A stretch of 63,335 nt of DNA, filler included, from Chiloscyllium plagiosum (GCF_004010195.1; 4 parts of 2 records of this genome joined end to end with filler, not necessarily neighbours in it); one strand, 5' to 3'. Shown: positions 24,480 to 37,034, counted from the whole stretch's first letter. Made by a program: numbers and translations. The notes: generated by a model from the sequence alone, not told the origin.

Positions 24480-27208
24480 ACAAGTTTCCATGAACACTCC
24501 AGCAGCCTCTGCAGTCACTTGTACTCTGTGTATTACCTGCAGGGTTTCCCTGGGGCAGGCTATTTTGACGTGACCTTCAGGAGCATGAAGAATTGCGAGC
24601 AGCTCCTGAAGGTCTTCAAGGAGAAGGAAGGGGAACCTCTGTTCTCCATCTTGTCGGCAGTCCCGTTGTGTGTGCTTCCTGGGCAGAGGGGTACAGTTGT
24701 TACAATCCATATGTACAACCCTCATGTCCCAGCAGTGGGTGCCCTGACCTTCCTGAGAAGATACGTGCAGGTTGAGGGAGAAAGCACCGATGTGGTCGAT
24801 CCTTTCAAGATCTGGACCAGCAAGCAGCAGGTCAGGGTAACCCTGAGGGTCGCTGCCAGTGGGAACATCCTCCACCCACCCTCCAGCTTCGCAATCGGAG
24901 GAAGCAGAAGTTACCTGACAAACACAGGGCAGCCGAAAGTGTGACGAACCTGTGGGAGGTCAGGCCACGTGGAGGCGGATTGTAAGGTGACCGTCCATCG
25001 AAACTGCAAGCAGGAAGGCCACCCGACCAAGGAATGCAAAGAGGCCAAGAACTGTAATCTGTGCGGAGAGGTGGGCCACATGTACAAGGCCTGCCCATGA
25101 CGAGGGGCCGCCATCTATGCACAGATGGCTGGAGGTGGCAATGTGAGCCGTGGACTGCAAAAGGCCAGCAAGGTACCACAAACCAGCAGAGAAACGGTGT
25201 CTGGTGGCACCCAGAAGGAAGGGCAGGCTGGAGAGGAGTAGACGGCAGACAGCGGGGAGGTGCAGCAGCCAATCCAAGCTCCTTCAGGACAGATGGAGGA
25301 AATGGAAGAGGAGGGAACAAAGGAGGCAGAGGATTGGATTACTGTCAAAAGCAGGAAGAGGAAACCTCGCCAGGCCCCCAAAGCCACCCAGCAAAGGAGG
25401 AAACGACACCTACATGACGAGGATATTGGCAGCTCTTTGGATGGTGAGGACGGGCGCAAGGAGGGTCATCACCAGAGGAAGAGACAGAGCGCCGTGGGGG
25501 AATAGGAGGGCAGCACTGCCCAAACAGGAAAAGTCGACGTCCTGTTTCTGTAGGAGTGTGGGATACCGCACCTCAGCAGCTACAGGAGATGGTCGAGCTT
25601 GTGGGCCCATGGGCCGTCAGTTTGGTCGGGTGTGCAACGATAGCCACGCTTCCGGCCTGGGTATCCTGTTGTGAGGAGGCAACTTCACCATCTCCAAGGT
25701 TAAGGAGATGATGGGCGGTTGCCTCCTCGTCACCGACGTCATAGATAGAAACTCTCCCCTGAGACTGATGAATGTGTACGCCCAGTGGGTAGGAGTGAAC
25801 GGTTGGCCATCCTGCAGCAGCTGGCTACGTTCAGGCTGGTCGTTCTGGCTGGAGACTTCAACTGTATCATTGATGGATGATCCGGCGGGGGTGAAAGTAA
25901 ACTGGACGCCACTTCCAGAGTCTTGATGGAAACGGTAAAAGATGCCAAGCTGCACGACGTCTTCAGCACCCCTACAGATGGAGTGCAGCGTAGATACACC
26001 TGGTCACGGGCAGACGGGTCTATCCACTCAAGGATAGATTACCTGTTTATGTCCTGAATGCTCTTGATCAGATCCACCAACGTCAAGCCGGTTTTCTTCT
26101 CTAATCCACTGCCTCCTGCTGGCTGACAGTCACCTACAGGGCGAGCAGTGGGCTGGTAAGGGAACACAAAACTGTTGACCCCGGGAAACATTGAGGAGCT
26201 CAAGAGGGACTACGCAGGTTGGAGAACCATGAAGCCCCTGTTTGAGTCTCCAGCGGACTGGTGGGGAACAGAAAAAGGGAACATCAAGAGGTTCTTCATC
26301 CTCAAAGGTGTTCAGGAGGCGAGAGAGAGGCGGGGAAAACTGTCCCAACTCCAGGAAAGTATCCAGAACCTGCTCCTGCTGCAGACGATGGGGGTCGATG
26401 TCACGGAGGACCTCAAGGAGGTGAAGGGCTAGCAAGCCTCGCTCTTTGCCTCGGAGGTCTCCAAGGTAATCTTCCGGTCCAGGGTCCGCTCGGTGGAGCA
26501 GGATGAGACGTGCTCACGTTTCTTCTTCCAGAAGGTGCACAAAGAGAGCTCCGTGCTCAGCAGCCTGAAGGAAGAAGATGGCTCAATAACGTCATCTCAG
26601 GCTGACATCATGAGGATCAGTAAATCCTTCTATGCCAGTCTGTATGACACGAAGCCAACTGACAGCACGGCCTCCCAGTCGTTCCTGTCCTCTATCATGG
26701 AGGTCTTAGACGATGAAACACGAGAGAGGCTTGACCAGTCGCTATCTCTGGACGAGCTGACCAAGGCCCTCGAGTCCTTCGAAAAGAATAAAACTCCCGG
26801 AAGCGACGGCTTTCCGGTTGAACTCTATTCTGCTCTGTGGTACTGGTTTGGCCAGGACCTGCTGGAGGTGTATGTCAGTATGCTTCAGGCAGGTACCATG
26901 AGTGAACCCATGAGGAAAGGCATCATCATCCTCATCTACAAATGGAGGGGGAGAGGGAAGAAATCAGAATTTGGAGACCAATCTCACTATTGAATGCGGA
27001 TTACAAAATTTTGTCAAAGGTTATCACCAACCGGGTCAGGTCTGCTCTAGGGTCGGTGATTCACCCTTACCAAACCTGTGTTGTACCGGGCAGGAAGATC
27101 GTTGAGAGTCTTGCACTCCTCAGGGATACGACCGCCTATGTGCAGGACAGAGGGTTGGACACCTGCCTCATCAGCCTGGACCAGGAGAAAGCTTTTGACA
27201 GGATATCA
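24480..27208 (+). mobile_element. Second Tx1-clade family: decayed ORF1 (RRM-like + CCHC knuckles) and ORF2 (APE + RT N-half), internally deleted and 3'-truncated
   Basis: QGFPGAGYFDVTF; knuckles such as CNLCGEVGHMYKAC at ~25053; LMNVYA, AGDFNC, SRIDY; KTPGSDG, WRPISLLNADYKI, LDQEKAFDRIS. Confidence 0.9.
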
Positions 27209-27221
27209 AATCCGTATATTG

Positions 27222-27272
27222 AGTTTAAAAGGGAGAAGGGCAGACAAAGGAAGCAAATGGTGAGGACAGTGC

Positions 27273-27309
<37 letters not shown>

Positions 27310-27920
27310 CCTGCACAGTTATCGCCTTTGCTGTTTGAATTTGTGTACCGCTGGACATCGGAGTGCATCTGGGAAAATTAACAAACAGTGAAATTCATAA
27401 CTAATCTTGGAGGAACTGTTGGGCGAAGTTCAGAATCAGAGAAGTTAATTGTTGTTTCAGTCTGTCCAAGAGAAAGACTGCAATAGTGGGTACAGTGGAT
27501 TCTTTCTTGATTATATGTTTTTGGAGGTAAGTCTCTTGATTAAACTTAAAATATAAGCCATAGCTATTAATTTAACCTGGGGCAGTGTTTGTAGAGGAAT
27601 AAGACGGTGTTATTTTCTGGGTCTGTAGGTTGTGAAAGAGCAAAAATGGCCTTTGCAGTGATATGTACTTCTTGTCAGATGTGGGAGTTTAAAGAGAGTT
27701 TAAGGGTTACTGCGGATTATATCTGCCAGAAATGCTGTTGGATGCAAATCTTATCAGATCGAGTGGATCGGTTGGAGAGACAAATAGAAGCGATGAGGAA
27801 TTTGCAACAGCAACAGGATGTGGTGGATGGCAGTTATTGAAATGGGCGAAAGTCTCAGATACAGTCACATAGATCAGTTAACTCCAGGAAGGGTAAGAGA
27901 GGTAGGCAGCTAGAGCAGGA
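27222..27920 (+). mobile_element. CR1 5' UTR (with (GA)n) and ORF1 N-terminus (Cys zinc finger + leucine zipper)
   Basis: MAFAVICTSCQMWE...YICQKC..LSDRVDRLERQIEAMR; near-identical copy at 62806-63335. Confidence 0.8.
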
Positions 27921-27921
27921 T

Positions 27922-28083
27922 AAAAACAATGACTGCAGATGCTGGAAAGCAGATTCTGGATCAATGGTGCTGGAAGAGCACAGCAATTCAGGCAGCATCG
28001 AGGAGCTTCAGCAAAATCGACTTTTCGGGCAAAAGCCCTTCATCAGGAATAAAGGCAGAGAGCCTGAAGCGTGGAGAGATAAG
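27922..28083 (-). mobile_element. PLE terminal repeat with HHR
   Basis: Minus strand ttcctgatga-agggc-tttt-gccc-gaaaagtcga at ~28017-28050. Confidence 0.8.
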
Positions 28084-28183
28084 NNNNNNNNNNNNNNNNN
28101 NNNNNNNNNNNNNNNNNNNNNNNNNNNTTAATTAATTAANNNNNNNNNNNNNNNNNNNNNNNNNNNNNNNNNNNNNNNNNNNN
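28084..28183. other. Artificial gap/linker N44-TTAATTAATTAA-N44
   Basis: Identical 100-nt block occurs three times; the core gives stops in all six frames. Confidence 0.97.
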
Positions 28184-28344
28184 TTTTATCTCAGCCCGCT
28201 TGGCACACCAGCCTCATTCCTGAAGAAGGGCCTATGCCCGAAACGTCGATTCTCCAGCTCCTCGGATGTTGCTGACCTGCTGCGCTTTTCCAGCACCACA
28301 CTTTTCAACTCTGGTCTCCAGCATCTGCAGTCCTCACTTTCTCC
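28184..28344 (+). mobile_element. PLE terminal repeat with intact minimal HHR
   Basis: Same family as 10118-10213, 39409-39615, 40155-40391 and 61748-61822. Confidence 0.85.
28214..28252 (+). ncRNA. Minimal type I hammerhead ribozyme, core intact
   Basis: attc-CTGAAGA-a-gggc-ctat-gccc-GAAA-cGTC-gatt: CUGANGA box, stem II, GAAA, palindromic ACGT stem III, GUC cleavage triplet. Confidence 0.8.
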
Positions 28345-28599
28345 ACACTCATTATCGTACACTGGTACGACTGGATCCAGCATGCAGAGGTTATGTATTC
28401 TTCAGAGAGTAAAGTGCAATCAAACTGGAGGAACCAGAAAAAACCATTGTACACAGTAATTCATGCTGCTTTAAACTTTCCTCTCCTGGATAAATTAATG
28501 AAAGGGAAGTAATAAGAGCAACAGTGGAAAATAAACATTATTAAAGTTTTGTTAACTGCTCATTAATGACTTCTGAAATGACATAGAGGAAATCTTAAG

Positions 28600-28816
28600 T
28601 GTAGTGATTGTAACAACGTCAGCCAGGTGGACCTCACAGAATATGAATTCCCTGATTGGGGCTGTTAATCTGGTGTGATCGGGGAGCCCTGGCTCTCAGA
28701 CATCCTGCTCACGCGGAGGGCTAACTCTGAAGGAGCTGGATCAGTGTCAAGAAATCTCGAAGTGTCAATAAAGGGTGACTTGATGATGGGACACTCGCCT
28801 CTGTGGAGTTATTTCA
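28600..28816 (+). repeat. 5' LTR
   Basis: tgtagtgattgta...ctgtggagttatttca, homologous to 32385-32621. Confidence 0.9.
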
Positions 28817-28981
28817 ACGGCGATGAGATTAAACCATACCCCTGAAGAAATTCACTTGCAACAATCATCTTGGAGTTGGAGTGAGCATTTCTGGCATCAT
28901 GCTATTATTTGGGAAGCTTGCGCCGTTCGATCCTGTTGTTGAAGACTAGGACCAGTATGTGGAAAGAATGTGTTATTTTTT

Positions 28982-29190
28982 AAAATTTGGAGATGCCAGT
29001 GTTGGACTGGGATGTACAAAGTTAAAAATCACACAACACCAGGTTATAGTCCAACAGGTTTAATTGGAAGCACACTAGCTTTCGGAGCGACGCTCCTTCA
29101 TCAATCACCTGATGAAGGAGCGTCGTTCCGAAAACTAGTGTGCTTCCAATTAAACCTGTTGGACTATAACCTGGTGTTGTGTTATTTTTT
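28982..29190. mobile_element. Fold-back HHR mini-element inserted in gag, 13-bp TSD
   Basis: 80-bp inverted arms 29024-29103 / 29110-29189 with 3 mismatches; tgtgttatttttt at 28969-28981 and 29178-29190. Confidence 0.9.
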
Positions 29191-30959
29191 ATAGGTAACT
29201 TACTTTGGGGCAGACAAAAAGCAATGTGTGATTCTCTTGGCTACTTGCGGACCTGTAGCTTTTACAGTTATTTGGAGCCTAACTTTTCCTGAGGCACCAG
29301 ATACTAAAACCTTACAAGAGTTGATGGATTTATTTAAGGAATATCATGATCTCAAGCCCTCTTTAATTCTGAAACACTATTGGTTTTACTCAGCAACGCG
29401 AGAAACAGGAAAATTTGTATTAGACGTTTTGATCAGGTTAAGATGACTAGCAGACATGCAACTTTTGTTTAACCCTTGATAAGATTAATGATTTTCAGTG
29501 AGCAATGAAGGACATTTTACAAGGCCTATTCCAGGCCACCACATATTTAGATGATGTACTAATAATTGGGAATATAAATAAGGAGCGTTTAGAGAACTTG
29601 GACATGATACTTAGACCCTTTCTCCCCAGGCAGACGTATGCCTTAGAAGGGAAAAATGTGTGCTCCAGGCATCCCAAGAGAGGTAGGTTACAACTGTTGG
29701 AAGATAAAGTGAGCTCAGTCAAAAGCGTCCCAGCCCCTAGCTTAAGACTTTCCTTGGGCTGATGAATTATTATGGAAGGTTCATAAACAACCTAGCCTCC
29801 ATCCTGGCAACTTTACATCAGCTCTTTCAAAAGGGTCAGGCTTGGAAATGGTCACATAGCCAAGCCATGACTTTCAGGGAAATGAAGAAACGCTATCATC
29901 TTCTCAGGTGTTAGCACACTGTGATCGCAAGCAAGACCTAGTATTGTTATGTGATGCCTCCCCATACGGCATTGGGTAATGTTAGCTCATAGGTGGCCCA
30001 ATGGAGAGGAATGCCCAATAAAGTATGCATCCAGGACTTCGGCTAATGCAGAGTGTAAATATGCCCAGATAGAGAAAGAAGGTTTGGCGATCTTATTTAA
30101 AATCAGGACGTACCATCAATACCTTTACAGATGTAAATTTGTCGTAATAATGTATCACAAACCCTTATTAGGTCTAATTAAAGAGGACAAGGCGGTACCA
30201 CACATAGATTCAGGCCGAGTTCAGCAATGGGCTCTAATACTGTGTGTGTATAATTACAGGTTGGACCCCTATCTGGAAGGCCAACTGACAAATGTGGATG
30301 CAGTGAGCTGCCTCCCACCGGCACATACACCACCGGTGGTACCACCACTGGAAGAGGCTGTAACGGTTTTAAATTTTCTGGACACACTTCCAGTCACAGC
30401 TGACAATATCAGACCTTGGACACAGAAACGTCCTGTCCTGGCAAAACTGAACAGCTGGTGATGATGGGGAGACCAAAGGGGCACCACAACCAGAATTGAA
30501 AACTTTTTAGACCCAGAGAGATCAGATGACAGTGGAAGATGGCATACTATTATGGGGATCAAGAGTTATTGCCCCAAGCAAAGGTCTCCACCCGACCAGG
30601 CTTGCCCAGTGGTTTCCAAAATGAAGATGTTGAGATGTTTTGTCTGCTGGCTCGGATTGGATGCAAACATAGCTGCTTTGGGAGGCCAGTGCCCAGCATG
30701 CAAACAAGGATAAAAAAATCACCTCCTGCAGCATCCCCACATTCATGGAAGTGGTTGGATAAACTCTGGACTCAATTACACATCAACTATGGGCTCAATG
30801 TTCTTAGTCATTGCGGACACCCATTCAAATTGGCTGGACGTGCATAGACACATTAATTGAACATGGGATAAGCGATAGAAAAACTGCAAGCATATTTTAC
30901 AATATACAGACTTCAGGATGTGTTGGTCACAGATAATGAGCTTGTTTATCAGCAGGGAA

Positions 30960-32206
30960 TCTATTATTTCCTTAAATTAAATGACATTCAGCATATGAGA
31001 ACAGCTCCATATCTTCCATCATCCTATGATCCGGCAGAAGAAGCAGTCCAAACTTTGAAGGCAGATATAAAGAAACAACTTACAGCTTCACTTGATACCA
31101 AACAGTCCCAGTTCCTATTTGATTATAGGACCACCCTCATGCAACTACAGGGATAGCTCCAGAGGAGTTGTTGATGAGAAAAAGACCCCAACCAGATTAA
31201 ATCTGATCTTCCCAGACCTGGGGGCAAGGGTGAAACAGCATCAGGAATGCCAATGTTGGACACAGGACTCTGCTAAGTGAGAAAAATAGTTTATTTAAGG
31301 GGGTAAACTTTTGGTATAGGAACAAGAGGAATGACTCTGCACTGATAAGAGGCATGGTCAACACAAAGTCAGGTCCAGTGACACATAAAATTTAAGAAGG
31401 TGTGACAGTCCTGGAGACCATATGAAAGTTGCAAGCTTATAAATGGTGCAGAACCAACTCGAGCCCAGCTCCTCAACAGCTTTTCCAGCTGTTCTGACTC
31501 CCATTGGTTCTCCCTTTCCATCCAGTGTTGAAGATACCTTGGAAGCTGCAGGGGACACAGTAAATTTTGCTGCATCGGCACCTCTATTATTTCCTTAAAT
31601 TAAATGACATTCAGCATATGAGAACAGCTCCATACCTTCCATCATCCTATGATCTGGCAGAAGAAGCAGTCCAAACTTTGAAGGCAGACATAAAGAAACA
31701 ACTTACAGCTTCACTTGATACCAAACAGTCCCAGTTCCTATTTGATTATAGGACCACCCTCATGCAACTACAGGGATAGCTCCAGAGGAGTTGATGATGA
31801 GAAAAAGACCCCACACCAGATTAAATCTGATCTTCCCAGACCTGGGGGCAAGGGTGAAACAGCATCAGGAATGCCAATGCTGGACACAGGACTCTGCTAA
31901 GTGAGAAAAATAGTTTATTTAAGGGGGTAAACTTTTGGTATAGGAACAAGAGGAATGACTCTGCACTGATAAGAGGCATGGTCAACACAAAGTCAGGTCC
32001 AGTGACACATAAAATTTAAGAAGGTGTGACAGTCCTGGAGACCATATGAAAGTTGCAAGCTTATAAATGGTGCAGAACCAACTCGAGCCCAGCTCCTCAA
32101 CAGCTTTTCCAGCTGTTCTGACTCCCATTGGTTCTCCCTTTCCATCCAGTGTTGAAGATACCTTGGAAGCTGCAGGGGACACAGTAAATTTTGCTGCATC
32201 GGCACC
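30960..32206 (+). repeat. Near-identical ~623-bp tandem duplication in the integrase/3' region
   Basis: 30960-31582 and 31583-32206 differ at only about six positions. Confidence 0.95.
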
Positions 32207-32384
32207 TTTGCCATGAAGAAGAGAATGAATTTCTTCCAAGATGCTCCAGGCACAAGAGGTGAACTACTCTGTGTTGAATGGCACGCTATTAGCAGCAGAG
32301 ATGGAGGAATGTGACCTGGTGCTAAAACACCCCAGGAATAGCTACATAAAAATGTTTTTGACCTCAAATTCAGAGGGGGAGAGA

Positions 32385-32621
32385 TGTAGTGATTGTACTG
32401 AGGTCAGCCAGGTGGACCTCATAGAATACAAATTCCCTGATTGGGGATGTTAACATGGTTCAATCAGAGGGCCCTGGTTGTCAGATATAAACAGGAGGGT
32501 GAGAGGTTCTGTTCACTCTGAGAGCTGGCTCTGAGGAAGCTGGATCAGTGGTGAAGGACTGTCCATGTGTAAATGAAGGGTGACTTGATGATGGGTGACC
32601 GGCCTCTGTGGAGTTATTTCA
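32385..32621 (+). repeat. 3' LTR
   Basis: Follows the PPT at 32372-32384; tgtagtgattgta...gagttatttca. Confidence 0.9.
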
Positions 32622-34632
32622 ACAAGGCAACATTTCCTGAATGTCGATATATTCTGAATCATAAATATTGTTTTTAGTGGACAGCTTTGTAAACAACAAC
32701 ATCTTACAATTATGTGCAATTTCCAGAATAGAGCAAAATATCTCAGCACTTCACAGAGATGTTAGAAACAAAATGGCTCTGTGTGAGATGTGAGGACTGA
32801 GAGCTTTGTCAGTGGTGGATTTCAAAAAATCTTAGAAGAGGACATGAAGTTAAAGAACTGGAAGAATTCAAGGAAGGAATTTCAAGAATTTGATGTATGA
32901 TCCTAGTTGGTATGATTCTAGTTGATGTTATTACTGGACAGGCCAGATCATAGACAAAAACCTTGCTTGATGGATCTGATCTTGTCATTATAGTTTTAAT
33001 GAGGTGGTCTTTCAATGAAATACAAGCATGCAATGTGGCAGACTCATTTTTAGTGTTAAAAAAAATTACACAAATGAACTGAAGAAAACAATGGAACAAA
33101 TATATTCACATATAACAGAAATGTAAAGATTCCAAAACAGACAATAAAACACATTCTCACCAATACCAACATCACCCCTTTCCAGTATTAACACCAGAGG
33201 TAGTTATCTTCGTGTCATACCTGGAGAGTTTAACTTAACTGTGATTTCACATCCCCATCTTAAGAATCTGATAGTCTCTTCCTGGAGTCTTCATCCAACT
33301 GAACTTACCCTTTCTCAGTTCAAAGCAAGACTTTGAGAGTTTTAACCAAATACTTCTGTCCTGGAAATTTTAATACAACTCCTTACACTGAAGTAAACTT
33401 ATTCTACATGATCTCCCTTCTACAGGAACAATCACCTCATATATCCAACTTCAACCAAGACTTCTGAAAACAGTGAAAGCCAAAAGGGTTCTTCGAGCTA
33501 TGAGTGCTTTCCTGAATTCAAAAGGAGAATTTCCAATATCTGCCATCTGAAGGCTACTGCAAATGTTTACTCTGGTCACTTGTTAAATTTCTCCCAATGT
33601 AAACCAGTTCCCAATAGCCTCCAAGAAATACCTCTTTCATGCTTAGTTTTGAAAACAATTAGTATGGCAACAGATCACATCATGACTGGCAATTGCAGCG
33701 TAAACTCAATGCCTTGCACAAAGCCAGTGTCAAGGGAACAAAAGGAGCAGTGAGTGACATCTGGTGGAGACCAAAGCACAATTTGATCATGGTAAATGAG
33801 AATTTCTTGATCTGGGAAAGTACAGGTCGAGATAAAGTTTATGTTAAAAAAACATCAACAAGGGAAGAGATCCATTTAAAATTATTCTTGTTGCATACAG
33901 CCATGATGGGGAGGGTGAATGAAGACAAGGAGCTAGTTCATCCCTCCTCACCCATGAGTTTTACAACTTGCGGTATGTTTCTGGAAATATAATAACTTGG
34001 GGAGATTCACCAGGGTCTAGTTACAACACCCTTTAACCAACTGTCATCATACTCTCACACATACCTTATAAACCTATCTTTTCGCAGGAGCTGGCAAAGT
34101 GGCTGACTGTGCTGCTAGATGTTTAAATCTCAGAACACAGCAACTGACTGCTATAAATTAGAGCCTGGTTTCTACAAAGATCATCTTCCCTGCTGAATGC
34201 CTAGATAGCTTCAGAGCAGGAGGCCCTGACCAAGAATCTCCAGCACCGAAGATATCTTAAGGTAAGTGGATTTTATTTTAAACCAATCAAGGGTGGCATA
34301 TATATGTCATTGTGTTATTAACAAACATACAGTATATGCCAGAGAACTGTAAACTGATGTAATCTATCACTTTTGACAAGTATTCCAGAATTTCAAACAG
34401 GGACTGTGTCACACATAACATTTCCCACTGTGCTATGAGGGCCTGTGTTCACCAGGTGACTGAAGTGATTTTTGTTTGTGCGGAGCTTCAGTCTTTATTT
34501 GCTTTGCCTTGGCCCCTATGTTGCTGAAGGAGAAGGCCCTCATATTTTTGGGTTCCTGAAGGTGTCAGGAGCCACCAATGGAACACTTATTCCATTATAG
34601 TTACAACAACATGAGACTCTTAACTTTCAAAA

Positions 34633-34802
34633 CACAGTCCAAAGATGTGTGGGTCAGATGAATTGGCCATGCTAAAATGCCCATAGTGCTATGTGCATTA
34701 GTCAGAGGGAAATGGGTCTGGGTGGGTTACTCTCCAGAGGGTCGGTGTGGGCTGGTTGGGCTGAAGGGTCTGTTTCCACACTGTAGGAAATCTAATCTAA
34801 TC
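34633..34802 (+). mobile_element. HE1-type SINE, 5'-truncated
   Basis: cacagtccaaagatgtg...aatctaatctaatc. Confidence 0.85.
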
Positions 34803-35479
34803 ACTAATCAAATGTACTCTACTCTTTGAATTTCATTACTGATTGTGACACAGAAATGAAAACTCTAACTGTAAATTCAGATAACCAGGGAAATGTGCAC
34901 GATTCGTCTTCCTGGCAAACTCAAACTTGCATCAGATCATGATTCAATCATCAGGGTGCAGGTAAGATTAACCTTAATAAAAAAAGATAAGTGATGGTAT
35001 GCTATAACACAAACTTAGGCTGATCTTAGATCATTTTGTGATAGTGTGATTTTTCACAGCACAGTGTCAAAGAAGTTGTGTTGTGAGAAAGTTTATGACA
35101 AAAAAAAGTATCTGGCTTCTGCCTTTGGATTTGATGCTTTGCTCTAAACTCTTCAGCTTGTTCCATCAAACTATGCCACTCTGTTCCATGACCCTCAGAC
35201 TATGCCATCTGATCCTCTCCCTGTGATCCCAGTAGGTTTTCTGCCTCACTGTTTTCTGGCTAGCCATTTGCTTCAACAATCAGCTTCCATCAATGGGACT
35301 CCAACTTGCCCTCTCCTACCTGGTTCTAGGGTACACAATCAACTTTGGAGGATTGAAATAGATTTTGTACATTAATGTTGTTTCTCTTCACAGATGTTGC
35401 TAGAGCTGCTGAGTATCATCATTCTGATTTTATATCATATTTCCAGCATCCGCAGTATTTTACTATTGTTTTCATTAGA

Positions 35480-36110
35480 CTCATTCAGGTTGATGTATGA
35501 GGATATTGATGCCCGAGAGTTTAAGGTGGTGATGAATACAATGCAAAATACAAAATATTTGAGCATGATAGAATAGATGATAGGAGGATGTTTCCTTGGT
35601 TCCCTTTGGGGTTTAGAACTGGGGCTAGCATCTCTGAATAAGGGTTGGCCACATATGACTAAGATAAGGAGAAATCTACCCACAAGGCATTATGAATTCA
35701 GTACCTCAGGGATTTGTGGTGCTTCAGGGATTGAGCATATTTAGGTCCGAGGTTAACAAATGCTATATGTTAAGAGAATTGATGGATATAAGGTTAGGGA
35801 AGGAAGGTGTTGCTAAGGTAGAAGATCAGTCATGATCTATATGAGGGGAAGCAGCAACCTTGAGAAAGGCCTACTCCTGGTCCTATTTCTTCTTTTTTTC
35901 TTTACTCAAAGAGTGGTGTAAATGTGTAATTGCTACCGCATAAAGTGATTACATTGAATAACATTGACACATTTAATGGAAAGGTAAATTAGTACATGAG
36001 GGAGAAGGGAATTAAGGGTTCTGCTGTTATATTTATGTAAATTAGAGTTGCTGGAGGCTTCAAATGGGCCTAACTCTGGCATAGACTAGATGGTTTGATA
36101 CTGTGCTGTG
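35480..36110 (+). mobile_element. Old CR1 3' fragments
   Basis: Degenerate VF..M..FD...MFP..SRT.G pattern and tttactcaaagagtggtg (FTQRVV). Confidence 0.55.
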
Positions 36111-37034
36111 TAAATTGCCAAAGTTGACAAATAAATGACAGAACATCAATATCTTCCTATCCATTTGAGAGTTCATCTTTTTGACCAAATGATGAATTCA
36201 ACAAATACATTTCTGACAGTTTGGATTACAGTCCCTATTTGATCCAGAATCTATACTAACTGAATTAATTGAGGCAACAGCAATCATTCTTTAATGTTAA
36301 TAGTGCCAGGTAGAAGTTTCCATATTACCAAAAAAAAAGTTCAATTCAGCCAAAGAAGCATTTAAAAGCCCTAAAATGTCTATATATCTAACAGAATAAT
36401 TTCATGAAAAAATGGTTGTTAGTTAAATTCCCTTTTTATTTAGCAAAATAATCTGTCTGAAAGTACACCATTTAATATTGTCAAAGTAGTACTGGTTGTG
36501 AAGTTCTGTCTCAGCCTATTACACAGCAGGAACAACATATATCTAGAACATTCAAAAGTGTTCATCAAATTCAGAAAATACATGAAACTGCAAAACACCA
36601 TATCTACAATACTTGAAATTAATTTTATATTCTGGCTGAGTGATCCGCAATAAATAATAAGCTGTTCCACTTGTCTTAAGGATAAAAAACATGTAAATTG
36701 CCATGATAAACATGCTGCTAATGACGTACTCATACTAAAAGCACATTTTCTTCTCATCTTACACAATGTGAAAACCTATACTAATTTTCTTTCAAATTAC
36801 GTCAGGTAATTACTAACTGTTCCAAAAATGTGATTTTTATTTGACCTTGCATCATGGAGCTACTCATGGGAAACAAAGTGACATTATCAACAGCGGGAGA
36901 ATTATCTTCACAATCTGAATAGACTAGCAAACCTTTTATCTTTTAAATATTGAATTTTGTAACACAAGGTCATGATTTTTAAATGAAAGTTCATGTGATA
37001 TAAGTGTGGTGTAATATTTATTACTAATCTGCAA

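Larger units (their letters stand above)
28600..32621 (+). mobile_element. Gypsy (Mag-like) LTR retrotransposon, internally deleted and decayed
   Basis: Two related TG..CA LTRs; PBS-like ggcgatgag; gag FGKLAPFDP..ED*DQYVERM; RT YLDD (~29544); RNase H CDASPYGIG and YAQIEKEGLA; integrase VTDN..APY.PSS; PPT agagggggagaga. Confidence 0.92.

Noticed and set aside
28084..28183. Palindromic TTAATTAATTAA embedded in N runs (also 40392-40491 and 61648-61747)
   Set aside because: Identical 100-nt construct with six-frame stops: a processing linker, not biology. True gap sizes and adjacency are unknown, although the CR1 across the third gap looks collinear.
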